A DNA stretch of 32,000 bases from Halalkalibacterium halodurans (GTDB taxonomy: Bacteria; Bacillota; Bacilli; Bacillales; Bacillaceae_D). This document shows positions 1-6,987 of this stretch, piece by piece. The notes below the pieces were generated by a model. That model was not told where the DNA came from, did not search any database, and saw only the letters and a program-made list of their open reading frames with translations. The stretch's first letter is position 1, and each line of letters opens with the position of its first letter. The stretch is from the NCBI RefSeq assembly GCF_004376175.1, contig NZ_SNUY01000038.1:7206-39205 (forward strand), in the 5' to 3' direction. Position numbers and translations under genes: made by a program.

Positions 1-532
1 CTAAAAGTAGCGTGTCAACATTCTCAGCCATAATGTGCATTCCATTCGTACATTGCTCCACAAGGTCCACCGGATCTATCTGTGAAGTGAGAACCTTTTT
101 TTTTAACGCATCTTTTTGGAGCATCTCTAAAATATCTTCTGATAAATGACAAAAATACTGTTCGTTCCACCTTCTTAACAACGATACAAAGTACGTTTGA
201 ATCTGGATCATATCCTTAGATATTTGCTGCACCCATGGCACAAGTAATTCATAAACTTTTTCGGACGGAAGCTGTTCAAGCCAATATAAAAAACCCGTAA
301 TGGTCTCCTTGTGTGGACATTGCCATACAAGCAAACTTAAGCGATGCAACACTTCTAATTTTTGATCTTTCAACTCGTTTGCAAAGTCAGCGTTAATGCT
401 TTTTTCCACTTGTTTCACCCACTTTGTCCCAAGCTCAGAAATTTGCCTGTTAGAAGAATCTAAATAAGTGTACAGGCTTGTAATAAGTTCATAAGCAGGG
501 GAATAATCTATTTCGATTTTATACAAAAGCAC
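1..532 (-). CDS. hypothetical protein, N-terminal ~177 codons; CDS runs off the left edge
   Basis: Absent from the ORF track because it is edge-truncated. Hand translation of the minus strand from GTG 532 (or TTG 526, 9 nt after AAAGGGG) stays open to position 1: (V)LLYKIEIDYSPAYELITSLYTYLDSSNRQISELGTKWVKQVEK...GMHIMAENVDTLLL. No family recognised with certainty. Confidence 0.5.
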   Translation of the reverse strand, partial: MLLYKIEIDYSPAYELITSLYTYLDSSNRQISELGTKWVKQVEKSINADFANELKDQKLEVLHRLSLLVWQCPHKETITGFLYWLEQLPSEKVYELLVPWVQQISKDMIQIQTYFVSLLRRWNEQYFCHLSEDILEMLQKDALKKKVLTSQIDPVDLVEQCTNGMHIMAENVDTLLL

Positions 533-607
533 CAGCCCCTTTGTTCAATATTTTCAAAACTTAATGTTGTTATAATTTTATTAAACAAATAAAGTACTGT
601 CAAACAA

Positions 608-646
608 AAACCATTCGCCCCCGCCTTTGGCGGAAACGAATGGTTT
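608..646 (-). terminator. intrinsic terminator (nested hairpin plus U-run)
   Basis: AAACCATTCG (608-617) pairs with CGAATGGTTT (637-646), with an inner CCGCC/GGCGG stem. On the minus strand it is followed by TTTTTGTTTG. Confidence 0.6.
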
Positions 647-648
647 CA

Positions 649-741
649 TTAATTAGAACGAATTTCTTGTCGCATGAATAAAACATAAGCAATGGCAAAG
701 CAAACAAGGATCGCCGCAATTAAGCCTGTTAGTGTGGCCAA
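649..741 (-). CDS. possible 30-aa hydrophobic peptide
   Basis: Hand-translated (below the ORF-track cutoff): (TTG)MATLTGLIAAILVCFAIAYVLFMRQEIRSN, with its stop 2 nt before the 608-646 terminator. GGAAAG lies 12 nt upstream, which is long spacing. The non-ATG start makes this weak. Confidence 0.25.
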   Translation of the reverse strand: MATLTGLIAAILVCFAIAYVLFMRQEIRSN

Positions 742-945
742 ATGAACAATAAGCTTTCCTTTAAAACAAGCGGACTTACGATTTTACCGACAACAATATT
801 CAAGGAGCGATCCTCCCGATTCAAGAAGGTTCATCTAGTTTTTATTGAAGGATGGATGTGAAGACACTTACATTTCAAAGCGCGATAGCCACATCCCTAC
901 AGGCCCAGAGACATTTATAGTCGAGATTAAAAACGAGTAAACTAC

Positions 946-976
946 GAAAAGCCTCCCTGTTACTGCTAGGGAGGCT
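946..976 (-). terminator. intrinsic terminator after the GyrI-like gene (end of the sigma/VOC operon)
   Basis: Perfect 9-bp stem AGCCTCCCT (950-958) / AGGGAGGCT (968-976), followed on the minus strand by TTTTCG. Confidence 0.6.
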
Positions 977-992
977 AGATTCATCATGACAA

Positions 993-1472
993 TCAACGAA
1001 TAGCCACATACACGTCAATTTCGTTCGTCGCTTCGTCAGGCTTGTACCGTTCATCCCACACTTCAAAATCATAGCCAGCTGGTTGGTATGGCTGTTTTCC
1101 CATCCATGTTCCATAGAGTGCATCATACGTTTTGTAAAGTTCAGCTTCCAGCCCTCGGTGGGTCGCCATTACATATTGGTGGCTTGGAACCGTATGTACG
1201 ATCATTTCCGCTGGTACATCTTTCGGTTCTGCCACTTTATAGCCGATCACTTGCGTAAAACGATCCACATTCGGATTAAAGTTTGGCTTCATGTCATAAA
1301 GCTGAATCAAATAGATTTCTTCCCCTACCCTTTTCTGAACCAATGATTGATTTTCAAGCAATCGGTGTAACGTCTTTTTCCCGAGCTGCTGTTCCTCAAT
1401 TTCTTGTAAATTAGCTTTCAATTGATATCCTATAACCGTAAAAGCATCGATTGATTTTAGTTGAGGGTTCAT
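993..1472 (-). CDS. GyrI-like (SbmC / AraC-effector-binding type) small-molecule-binding protein
   Basis: 159-aa ORF of typical GyrI-like size and pattern (..FTVIGYQLK.., ..THRGLEAELYKTYDALYGTWM.., YDFEVWDERY). Its start overlaps the upstream stop (ATGA at 1469-1472), implying translational coupling. Confidence 0.75.
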   Translation of the reverse strand: MNPQLKSIDAFTVIGYQLKANLQEIEEQQLGKKTLHRLLENQSLVQKRVGEEIYLIQLYDMKPNFNPNVDRFTQVIGYKVAEPKDVPAEMIVHTVPSHQYVMATHRGLEAELYKTYDALYGTWMGKQPYQPAGYDFEVWDERYKPDEATNEIDVYVAIR

Positions 1473-1855
1473 CCTTCTCCCACCTTTACATCACATTGAA
1501 CATTAAATAAATTCCCATCTAGATCGTAAAAATCTAAAAAAGCATTCCCTTCCCCATCTTCATGAATCTCTTCCACTTGAACATCATGCTTCTTTAAGTG
1601 ACCGTATAGCTTATAAATGTCATCCGTTTGAAAGCCAATCACCCCATGAGGCTTGTAGTTATAGGAAAAAGTAGCGGTCGTGTCATGGCTTGTTTCGCGC
1701 AAAAAGACCATTTGCCCAGAAGGGAGGTTCATTTGAGCCAAGTCCTCATCTTCACTATGCCAAATGAATTCCATACCTAGCACATCCGTATACCAACGAA
1801 TCGCCCGATCCATCGACTTGACTGGGACGATCCCATAGATGATCTGTTGTAGCAT
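1469..1855 (-). CDS. VOC (glyoxalase/bleomycin-resistance/dioxygenase) family protein, paralog 4 of 4
   Basis: 128 aa. N-terminal motif VPVKSMDRAIRWYTDVLGMEF and C-terminal FLDFYDLDGNLFNV are typical of the VOC beta-alpha-beta-beta-beta fold. Confidence 0.8.
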   Translation of the reverse strand: MLQQIIYGIVPVKSMDRAIRWYTDVLGMEFIWHSEDEDLAQMNLPSGQMVFLRETSHDTTATFSYNYKPHGVIGFQTDDIYKLYGHLKKHDVQVEEIHEDGEGNAFLDFYDLDGNLFNVQCDVKVGEG

Positions 1856-1873
1856 AGAACTTCCCCCTTCGGA

Positions 1874-2243
1874 TCACTTATCGACGATCACCCCAAACCG
1901 ATTGCCATCCACATCGAAAAAATCAAAGCCTTCAATCGGCCCATGCTCATATATGTCAGTGACCTCAACACCTTTGTCCTTTAAGGATTAAATGATAAGC
2001 TACTAAATCGTCCGTAGTAAAATTGTAGTAGCTGTTTTTGTACGTATCCGTTACCGTAAATTCAAGTGGTTGTTTCTCTTTCACCGTCACTAAACTTACA
2101 TATTGCTTATGCTCCTCAAAATAAAAGTCTGCTCCCATCTCCTCTGGCCAAGTTCCCACATGATTTAACTCGAGCACATCTCGATAAAACGCAATCGACT
2201 TTTGCAAATGAACGACCGGTACGAACACAGCACCAATTCTCAT
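1874..2243 (-). pseudogene. VOC family paralog 3 of 4, interrupted by a 1-nt frameshift
   Basis: The track ORF 1965-2306 ends ...DDLVAYHLILKGQRC*. Shifting one frame at the GG at 1985-1986 continues LKDKGVEVTDIYEHGPIEGFDFFDVDGNRFGVIVDK* (stop 1874-1876), which matches the C-termini of the three neighbouring paralogs. The likely start is ATG 2243, after GGAGAGGTG. Confidence 0.65.
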
Positions 2244-2262
2244 CAGCAGCACCTCTCCTTTT

Positions 2263-2658
2263 TTATTCCTTCGGCCAGCCTTCCCAAATATAAGACCGAT
2301 GTCCATCTAAATCTTTCACGATAAAGCTATAACCTCCCCCTTCTTTATAAACCATTTCCCCAACGGGTACGCCTTTATCTTTTAGGTCCGTATAAAAAGC
2401 ATGAATGTCGTCGACGCGAAACGTTAACACCGCCTTCAGTTCCCCATTCTTATTTCGAAACGACAGATTGGGGACGTCGTCGCAACGAATTAACCCTAGC
2501 CCAATGCTACCATTCACGTTCAACCATGCTTCATCGTCGCCTTCTTGAAATGGAAAAGTAAACGCCAAACCAAGCATCGATTGATACCATTCGACTGCTT
2601 TTTCAAGATTGGAAACAGGCAATTGGATCACTGGAATGTCTAGTGCTTTTCTTGACAT
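2263..2658 (-). CDS. VOC family protein, paralog 2 of 4
   Basis: Motifs VIQLPVSNLEKAVEWYQSMLGLAF and GGGYSFIVKDLDGHRSYIW. Start moved to ATG 2658 (RBS GAAAGGGGA) rather than the track's 2712. Confidence 0.8.
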   Translation of the reverse strand: MSRKALDIPVIQLPVSNLEKAVEWYQSMLGLAFTFPFQEGDDEAWLNVNGSIGLGLIRCDDVPNLSFRNKNGELKAVLTFRVDDIHAFYTDLKDKGVPVGEMVYKEGGGYSFIVKDLDGHRSYIWEGWPKE

Positions 2659-2683
2659 CTTTTTTCGTGTCCCCTTTCTTCGA

Positions 2684-3058
2684 TCATGTGACGACCCCAA
2701 AATGATTTCCATCTAAATCGATTAGATCGAAGCCGCGAACCTTTCCATAATCGTGAATCTCGCCAACATTGGCACCTTTTGAGGAAAGAAGTTGGTGAGC
2801 CTTTCCTACATCATTCGTATGAAAGTTAAAATAGACATTCACCTCATAATCGTTCTGCGGAAACTTAGGTTGTTCGATGTCTTCACATGTCACGAGACAA
2901 AACGTCACCGTCCCATCGCCCACTTTTAACACATTGGCAGCTGGGCTATCATCGTGAATCATTTCAAAGCCTAGCATCTCTTTGTACCAATCCGTTGCTT
3001 TTGCTAAGTGACGCACAGGTATGAAAATGCCGACACCGTAAAGTAAGTCTATGTTCAT
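2684..3058 (-). CDS. VOC family protein, paralog 1 of 4
   Basis: 124 aa with IFIPVRHLAKATDWYKEMLGFEM and RGFDLIDLDGNHFGVV. RBS AAAAAGGAGGGG upstream. Confidence 0.8.
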   Translation of the reverse strand: MNIDLLYGVGIFIPVRHLAKATDWYKEMLGFEMIHDDSPAANVLKVGDGTVTFCLVTCEDIEQPKFPQNDYEVNVYFNFHTNDVGKAHQLLSSKGANVGEIHDYGKVRGFDLIDLDGNHFGVVT

Positions 3059-3090
3059 AAGCCCCTCCTTTTTTCCGTTCTACTCATATA

Positions 3091-3117
3091 AACGAAGGGA
3101 TGAAGCAATACCTTACA
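3091..3117 (-). promoter_or_regulatory. possible ECF-type promoter in front of the VOC genes
   Basis: Minus strand reads TGTAAG-N17-CGTT in the 75-nt gap between the sigma gene and the first VOC gene. It resembles the B. subtilis ECF pattern (tGnAAC-N16-17-CGTx). Motif match only. Confidence 0.25.
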
Positions 3118-3133
3118 CCACATGGTAAAAAAA

Positions 3134-3862
3134 TTATGTACAAATCATTAGCACATGACCGTCTGGATCAATCACTTGAAAACAAAGGGTGTAACCAATC
3201 GAACGCCCTTTTCTTACTTCAATCCCCGCCCGGCTTAGGGCGCAATAGGATTCATAGATAAGTCTCGGGTTTTTTGTACGAAACCCTTTGAGGAATTGTT
3301 CGAACATCGTGGAATCGATTTTTTCAGCACGAACCGATGGACCGATCTGCGGTTCCATATCTGAATAAGAGCGAACTTGTAAATAACGCTGGAGCTTTTT
3401 CTTCGCACGATGCAACGTCGTATACACGTTCGACTCAGATTCATTCATTAAGGTCGCCGTCTCTTTCGCGGTAAAAGCAAATACGTTAGATAGTAAAAGA
3501 GCAACGAATTGTTTTATTGTTAAATACTCCGCGAGCACTTCTAAAAGCTCTCGACTCTCATATTCTTCGTGAAAGTGTAGCTCCTGCATCACATCGTCTA
3601 TTGGTTCAACCTGTAGCTGCCTTTTACGTTTTCTATCAATCCACGTATGTTTAATGATTCGATAGAAGAAGGTTTTCGTCATTTTTCGATCAGGTTGCTG
3701 TTTCATCGCTAGGTAGATTTTTATAAGGCTATCCTGAAATAAGTCCTCAGACTCCCATTTATTATGAGTTAACCGCTTACAATACCATTTCATCTCATAA
3801 AAAAATGGGGAGACTTTTTTCTCAAACTTCGACTCATCAAGAGGCTCCTGTTCATCTCTCAT
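3134..3862 (-). CDS. ECF-type sigma-70 family factor with a ~65-aa C-terminal extension resembling half a VOC domain
   Basis: Region 2-like EDLFQDSLIKIY...TFFYRIIKHTWIDRKRKR. Region 4-like LTIKQFVALLLSNVFAFTAKETATLMNESESNVYTTLHRAKKKL. The extension is described under the 3134-3346 finding. Start ATG 3862 (GTGAGG, 5-nt spacing). Confidence 0.8.
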   Translation of the reverse strand: MRDEQEPLDESKFEKKVSPFFYEMKWYCKRLTHNKWESEDLFQDSLIKIYLAMKQQPDRKMTKTFFYRIIKHTWIDRKRKRQLQVEPIDDVMQELHFHEEYESRELLEVLAEYLTIKQFVALLLSNVFAFTAKETATLMNESESNVYTTLHRAKKKLQRYLQVRSYSDMEPQIGPSVRAEKIDSTMFEQFLKGFRTKNPRLIYESYCALSRAGIEVRKGRSIGYTLCFQVIDPDGHVLMICT

Positions 3863-3899
3863 TTCTGCCTCACCCATTCCATCATTTTTTTAAAGGCAC

Positions 3900-4094
3900 T
3901 TATTCTTTGTTTTTTGATTTTCTAAATTGTATGACACACTCTCTACAAATGCATGATTTCCCTACATGCTCTGGTGGAACTAAAAGAAAGATTCCATTCG
4001 GAAACACTTCGTCATTGCACCAGCAATCACCATATCCGCAGTTGTTTCCTTTGCCACAAATCGGGCAATGCTTGTTTTGTTCGCTCTTGGGCAT
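3900..4094 (-). CDS. small cysteine-rich protein (CWC-motif type)
   Basis: MPKSEQNKHCPICGKGNNCGYGDCWCNDEVF...GKSCICRECV carries 8 Cys including CxxC, CWC and CxC..C. Start taken as ATG 4094 because the track's ATG 4130 overlaps the TATAAT box. Confidence 0.6.
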   Translation of the reverse strand: MPKSEQNKHCPICGKGNNCGYGDCWCNDEVFPNGIFLLVPPEHVGKSCICRECVIQFRKSKNKE

Positions 4095-4177
4095 GAGATT
4101 TCCCTGCTTTCTGTTCGAATCTTCTCTCATTATAAGAAATAAAGTGGTTGTAATCTATATGGAGCTTCTAGTAAATG

Positions 4178-4208
4178 AAAAACCAGGTAAAAGATCCACC
4201 TGGTTTTT
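4178..4208. terminator. bidirectional-looking hairpin terminator
   Basis: AAAAACCAGGT (4178-4188) / ACCTGGTTTTT (4198-4208), a 7-bp core stem flanked by an A-run and a T-run. Confidence 0.6.
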
Positions 4209-4211
4209 GAT

Positions 4212-4370
4212 TCAATATAAGAAATCACTAACAACATACCCAATATGAAATAAAAGGACGAAAATGAGCAGTGGTCCAAGGACGGATACGTACAGTGCCA
4301 TCTGGCCATACCGAATGTTTTTATCTCTCCCGTACATCTTGCTTATGAGCACAATGGCTAGTGTTATCAC
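4212..4370 (-). CDS. possible 52-aa two-TM membrane protein
   Basis: Hand-translated (below the track cutoff): (GTG)MITLAIVLISKMYGRDKNIRYGQMALYVSVLGPLLIFVLLFHIGYVVSDFLY*. It sits between the mgtE terminator and the 4178-4208 terminator. The RBS is weak. An ATG at 4413 in another frame (MKKQYLHQMGLL...) hints at a possible frameshift. Confidence 0.3.
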   Translation of the reverse strand: MITLAIVLISKMYGRDKNIRYGQMALYVSVLGPLLIFVLLFHIGYVVSDFLY

Positions 4371-4416
4371 GGCAACATAACAATCCCATCTGATGTAAAT
4401 ATTGTTTTTTCATATA

Positions 4417-4448
4417 AACGAACAAGAGGGGATTCCCCGTTGTTCGTT
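4417..4448 (-). terminator. terminator of mgtE
   Basis: Perfect 9-bp stem AACGAACAA / TTGTTCGTT with an inner GGGGA/TCCCC stem, directly after the mgtE stop. The U-tract is short (TTTAT). Confidence 0.55.
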
Positions 4449-5813
4449 CTATAGATAGGTTGCTAGCGATGAAGCAATCGCAAAATAGAGGAGTAGACCG
4501 ACTATGTCATTAATCGTTGTAATGAATGGGCCTGAAGCAACGGTAGGATCTATACGTAATTTATGAATAATGATCGGGATGATTGTGCCCGTCATTGTTG
4601 AGATGACGACCGTGCCAAAAAGCGCTGTTCCAACGATCAGCCCAAGAGCCATGTTGCCAAAGCCATAAAATTGAGCTAGCAACGCGGCAAAGAGTCCGCA
4701 CACGATCCCCATAATAAGCCCGGTCAACAGCTCTCGTTTAATCATTCGTCGACACGTTGGATGTTTCAGCTTTTCTAAGGTTAACTGCCTGACGACAACC
4801 GCTAATGACTGCGTCCCTGTATTCCCTCCCATATCGGTTATGAGTGGGATGAAAATGGCAAGTAACGCAAGCTGGGCAAGTGTGTCTTCAAAGTGTTGAA
4901 CGACGCTTGCAGTCGCCATCCCAAAAACCATTAATAGAAGAAGCCAAGGTAAACGTTTCATTGCTGCTTTGATTGGATGAACTTCTAGATTGATCGAACC
5001 CTTTGCCCCTGCCAGTTCCTCAAAATCTCCGGTTACTTCATCCTCCACAACGTCCATGACATCATCTACTGTCACGATCCCGATCATTTGATTGGTCTCT
5101 GTTGTGACGGGGATCGCGACAATGTCATAGTCACGTATCAGTTGTACAACCTCCCGCTGATCTGTATGGGGAAAAACAGAGATCACGTGCTTTTTCATTA
5201 GCTGTCGGACCGTTTCATGTAATGAAGAGGTTAAGACATCTTTTAACGAGAGGACACCCATCAGTTGATTGTTCTCGTTTACAACATAAAGGTAGTAGAT
5301 CATTTCGGCATCTTTGCCCTCGGCGCGAAGCGTTTCGAATACATCTGCCACCGTTTTTTCTTGCTGAATGGTCAAATATTCAGTCGTCATCAAGGAACCA
5401 GCTGTCTTTTTCTCATAAGACATTAAACGCTTGATGGCATGGGCCTCCTGTTCATCCATACGATCTAAAAAATAGCCGGTCAAATGATTAGGAATCTCCT
5501 CAAAAAAGTCGGTCATATCGTCTGGTGCCATTTCTTCGAACATTTTAATCGTGTAAGACTCTTTCAGCTCTGTGACAATCTGTTTTTGTTGGTTCCGTTC
5601 CATCCCTCTAAATATAGGAGCAAACTCTTTCGGCCCAATCCATTCATACACTCGCTTCCGCTTTTGAACGTTCAACTCCGAGAAAATCTCCACTTGATCA
5701 ATAGGATGTAATGCAAGAAAATCATCGCGAAATTTTTCTCGTTCTTGTTCTTTTAAATACATGTGTAAGTAAAAGGTATACTCTTCTCTGTTTTTGAAGT
5801 CCAGCATCATCAT
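4449..5813 (-). CDS. mgtE: magnesium transporter MgtE
   Basis: N-domain, a CBS pair (..LMGVLSLKDVL.., ..MIGIVTVDDVMDV..) and a C-terminal 5-TM MgtE domain (ITDMGGNTGTQS, GPFITTINDIVGL). Start ATG 5813, after AAAGGAGGA. Confidence 0.9.
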   Translation of the reverse strand: MMMLDFKNREEYTFYLHMYLKEQEREKFRDDFLALHPIDQVEIFSELNVQKRKRVYEWIGPKEFAPIFRGMERNQQKQIVTELKESYTIKMFEEMAPDDMTDFFEEIPNHLTGYFLDRMDEQEAHAIKRLMSYEKKTAGSLMTTEYLTIQQEKTVADVFETLRAEGKDAEMIYYLYVVNENNQLMGVLSLKDVLTSSLHETVRQLMKKHVISVFPHTDQREVVQLIRDYDIVAIPVTTETNQMIGIVTVDDVMDVVEDEVTGDFEELAGAKGSINLEVHPIKAAMKRLPWLLLLMVFGMATASVVQHFEDTLAQLALLAIFIPLITDMGGNTGTQSLAVVVRQLTLEKLKHPTCRRMIKRELLTGLIMGIVCGLFAALLAQFYGFGNMALGLIVGTALFGTVVISTMTGTIIPIIIHKLRIDPTVASGPFITTINDIVGLLLYFAIASSLATYL

Positions 5814-5832
5814 GAGAAATCCTCCTTTCCTT

Positions 5833-6540
5833 TTACAAATGTTCCACATCAACGGTGAGAACATGGTCGATCTTTTTGATGAGGTAATAAATTTCCGTCG
5901 TATATTGTTTTTCTGGAGCCGATAAAATCAGTTCCACTTGCTGATTACCGTTCTCTAAATCTTTTAATTTCAGATGGCGAATGCGGATGTCGCTCCCTTT
6001 TTTAGCCATGCTCGTTTTTCGTTCAATCGATTGGATTAGTTCCGTCATTCTCATATTCGGCTCCATGACCATCTTGACCGCCACATCTCGTTGCCGAAGA
6101 GAAGAAGGCCCCACTTTTTTCACGAGTTGAGGAAAGACATTTATCGCTAGCATTAAAAGGACTACCATATACCCTGCTTCAATGTAGAAGCCTGCGCCAA
6201 CAGCAATTCCTAATCCTGACGCTGCCCAAATCATTGCAGCTGTCGTCAGACCGGAAATGACATCATTTCGTTTTCTTAAAATAACTCCCGCCCCTAAAAA
6301 ACCGACACCGCTCACAATTTGCGCCGCTAAGCGCATTGGATCCATATTATTAAACATCGGGGTCGCAAACCTGTGAAACGATTCGACCGACACGATCGTT
6401 ACTAGACAGCTGGCAACACAAATGACCATGCTCGTCTTTAATCCTAAAGGTTTGTGCTTTAACTGACGGTCAATACCAATCAATAATCCGAAAAATAATG
6501 CGATGCTTAATTTCATTAACAGTTCTGTCATTTCGTTCAC
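5833..6540 (-). CDS. mgtC: MgtC/SapB family membrane protein
   Basis: LSIALFFGLLIGIDRQ...GLKTSMVICV...GVGFLGAGVILR...GLTTAAMIWASAGLGIAVGAG is a classic MgtC N-domain, followed by a soluble ACT-like C-domain. The start may be ATG 6531 instead of GTG 6540. Confidence 0.85.
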   Translation of the reverse strand: MNEMTELLMKLSIALFFGLLIGIDRQLKHKPLGLKTSMVICVASCLVTIVSVESFHRFATPMFNNMDPMRLAAQIVSGVGFLGAGVILRKRNDVISGLTTAAMIWAASGLGIAVGAGFYIEAGYMVVLLMLAINVFPQLVKKVGPSSLRQRDVAVKMVMEPNMRMTELIQSIERKTSMAKKGSDIRIRHLKLKDLENGNQQVELILSAPEKQYTTEIYYLIKKIDHVLTVDVEHL

Positions 6541-6621
6541 CTGCTTTCCTCACTTATGGTTAGAAAAATGTTTTATAGCAAAAACCGTTGTTCGTCACAA
6601 AAGCTAAACTTCCTTAAAGTG

Positions 6622-6842
6622 CAAAAAGCCTACCTTCTACAAATAAAGGTAGGCTCCCCAAACACACTCATGTTCTATGAGCGAGATTCCCTTCATTCGT
6701 AGAGCTTTAGCACTGTATGGCATAGGACATTGCCAGCTACATTAAAAATCACCTTATGTCGATGATTTCTGTTGACCCATTGGCGTCTCTGGACGTTTTT
6801 GGGCAGCAGCATATCTCCATACAGGAGCCTCACCTAACGAAG
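6622..6842 (-). promoter_or_regulatory. M-box (ykoK/mgtE-type Mg2+) riboswitch, copy A: aptamer ~6691-6842 plus terminator 6622-6655
   Basis: The minus strand reads CUUCGUUAGGUGAGGCUCCUGUAUGGAGAUAUGCUGCUGCCCAAAAACGUCCAGAGACGCCAAUGGGUCAACAGAAAUCAUCGACAUAAGGUGAUUUUUAAUGUAGCUGG...CCAUACAGUGCUAAAGCUCUACGAAUGAAGG. This is close to the B. subtilis mgtE M-box as I recall it. A 10-bp terminator (AGCCUACCUU/AAGGUAGGCU) plus UUUUU follows. Confidence 0.85.
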
Positions 6843-6855
6843 TGGTTGTACGTAT

Positions 6856-6948
6856 TTACTTGTCCGCTATCATCGAAAAGGCAGCGATGGTTACCGTTGC
6901 GCCAATTGAGATAAACATGTTCCCTTGATCATGTGACTCACTGTCCAT
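6856..6948 (-). CDS. 30-aa single-TM peptide ORF between the two M-boxes
   Basis: GGAGGTGG, then 6 nt, then the ATG at 6948: MDSESHDQGNMFISIGATVTIAAFSMIADK*. The stop (6856-6858) lies ~13 nt before the copy A aptamer. Confidence 0.4.
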   Translation of the reverse strand: MDSESHDQGNMFISIGATVTIAAFSMIADK

Positions 6949-6987
6949 CTCTTACCACCTCCACTGCTTCTAAGAAAGGGATAGCTC

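Noticed and set aside
875-1346. Track ORFs 875-1126 (-) and 1083-1346 (+)
   Set aside because: They overlap the well-supported GyrI-like CDS or its terminator in other frames. They have odd composition, no RBS and no recognisable motifs.
3805-4248. 147-aa plus-strand ORF
   Set aside because: It is antisense to the CWC and sigma genes and spans a terminator. Low-complexity translation, no RBS.
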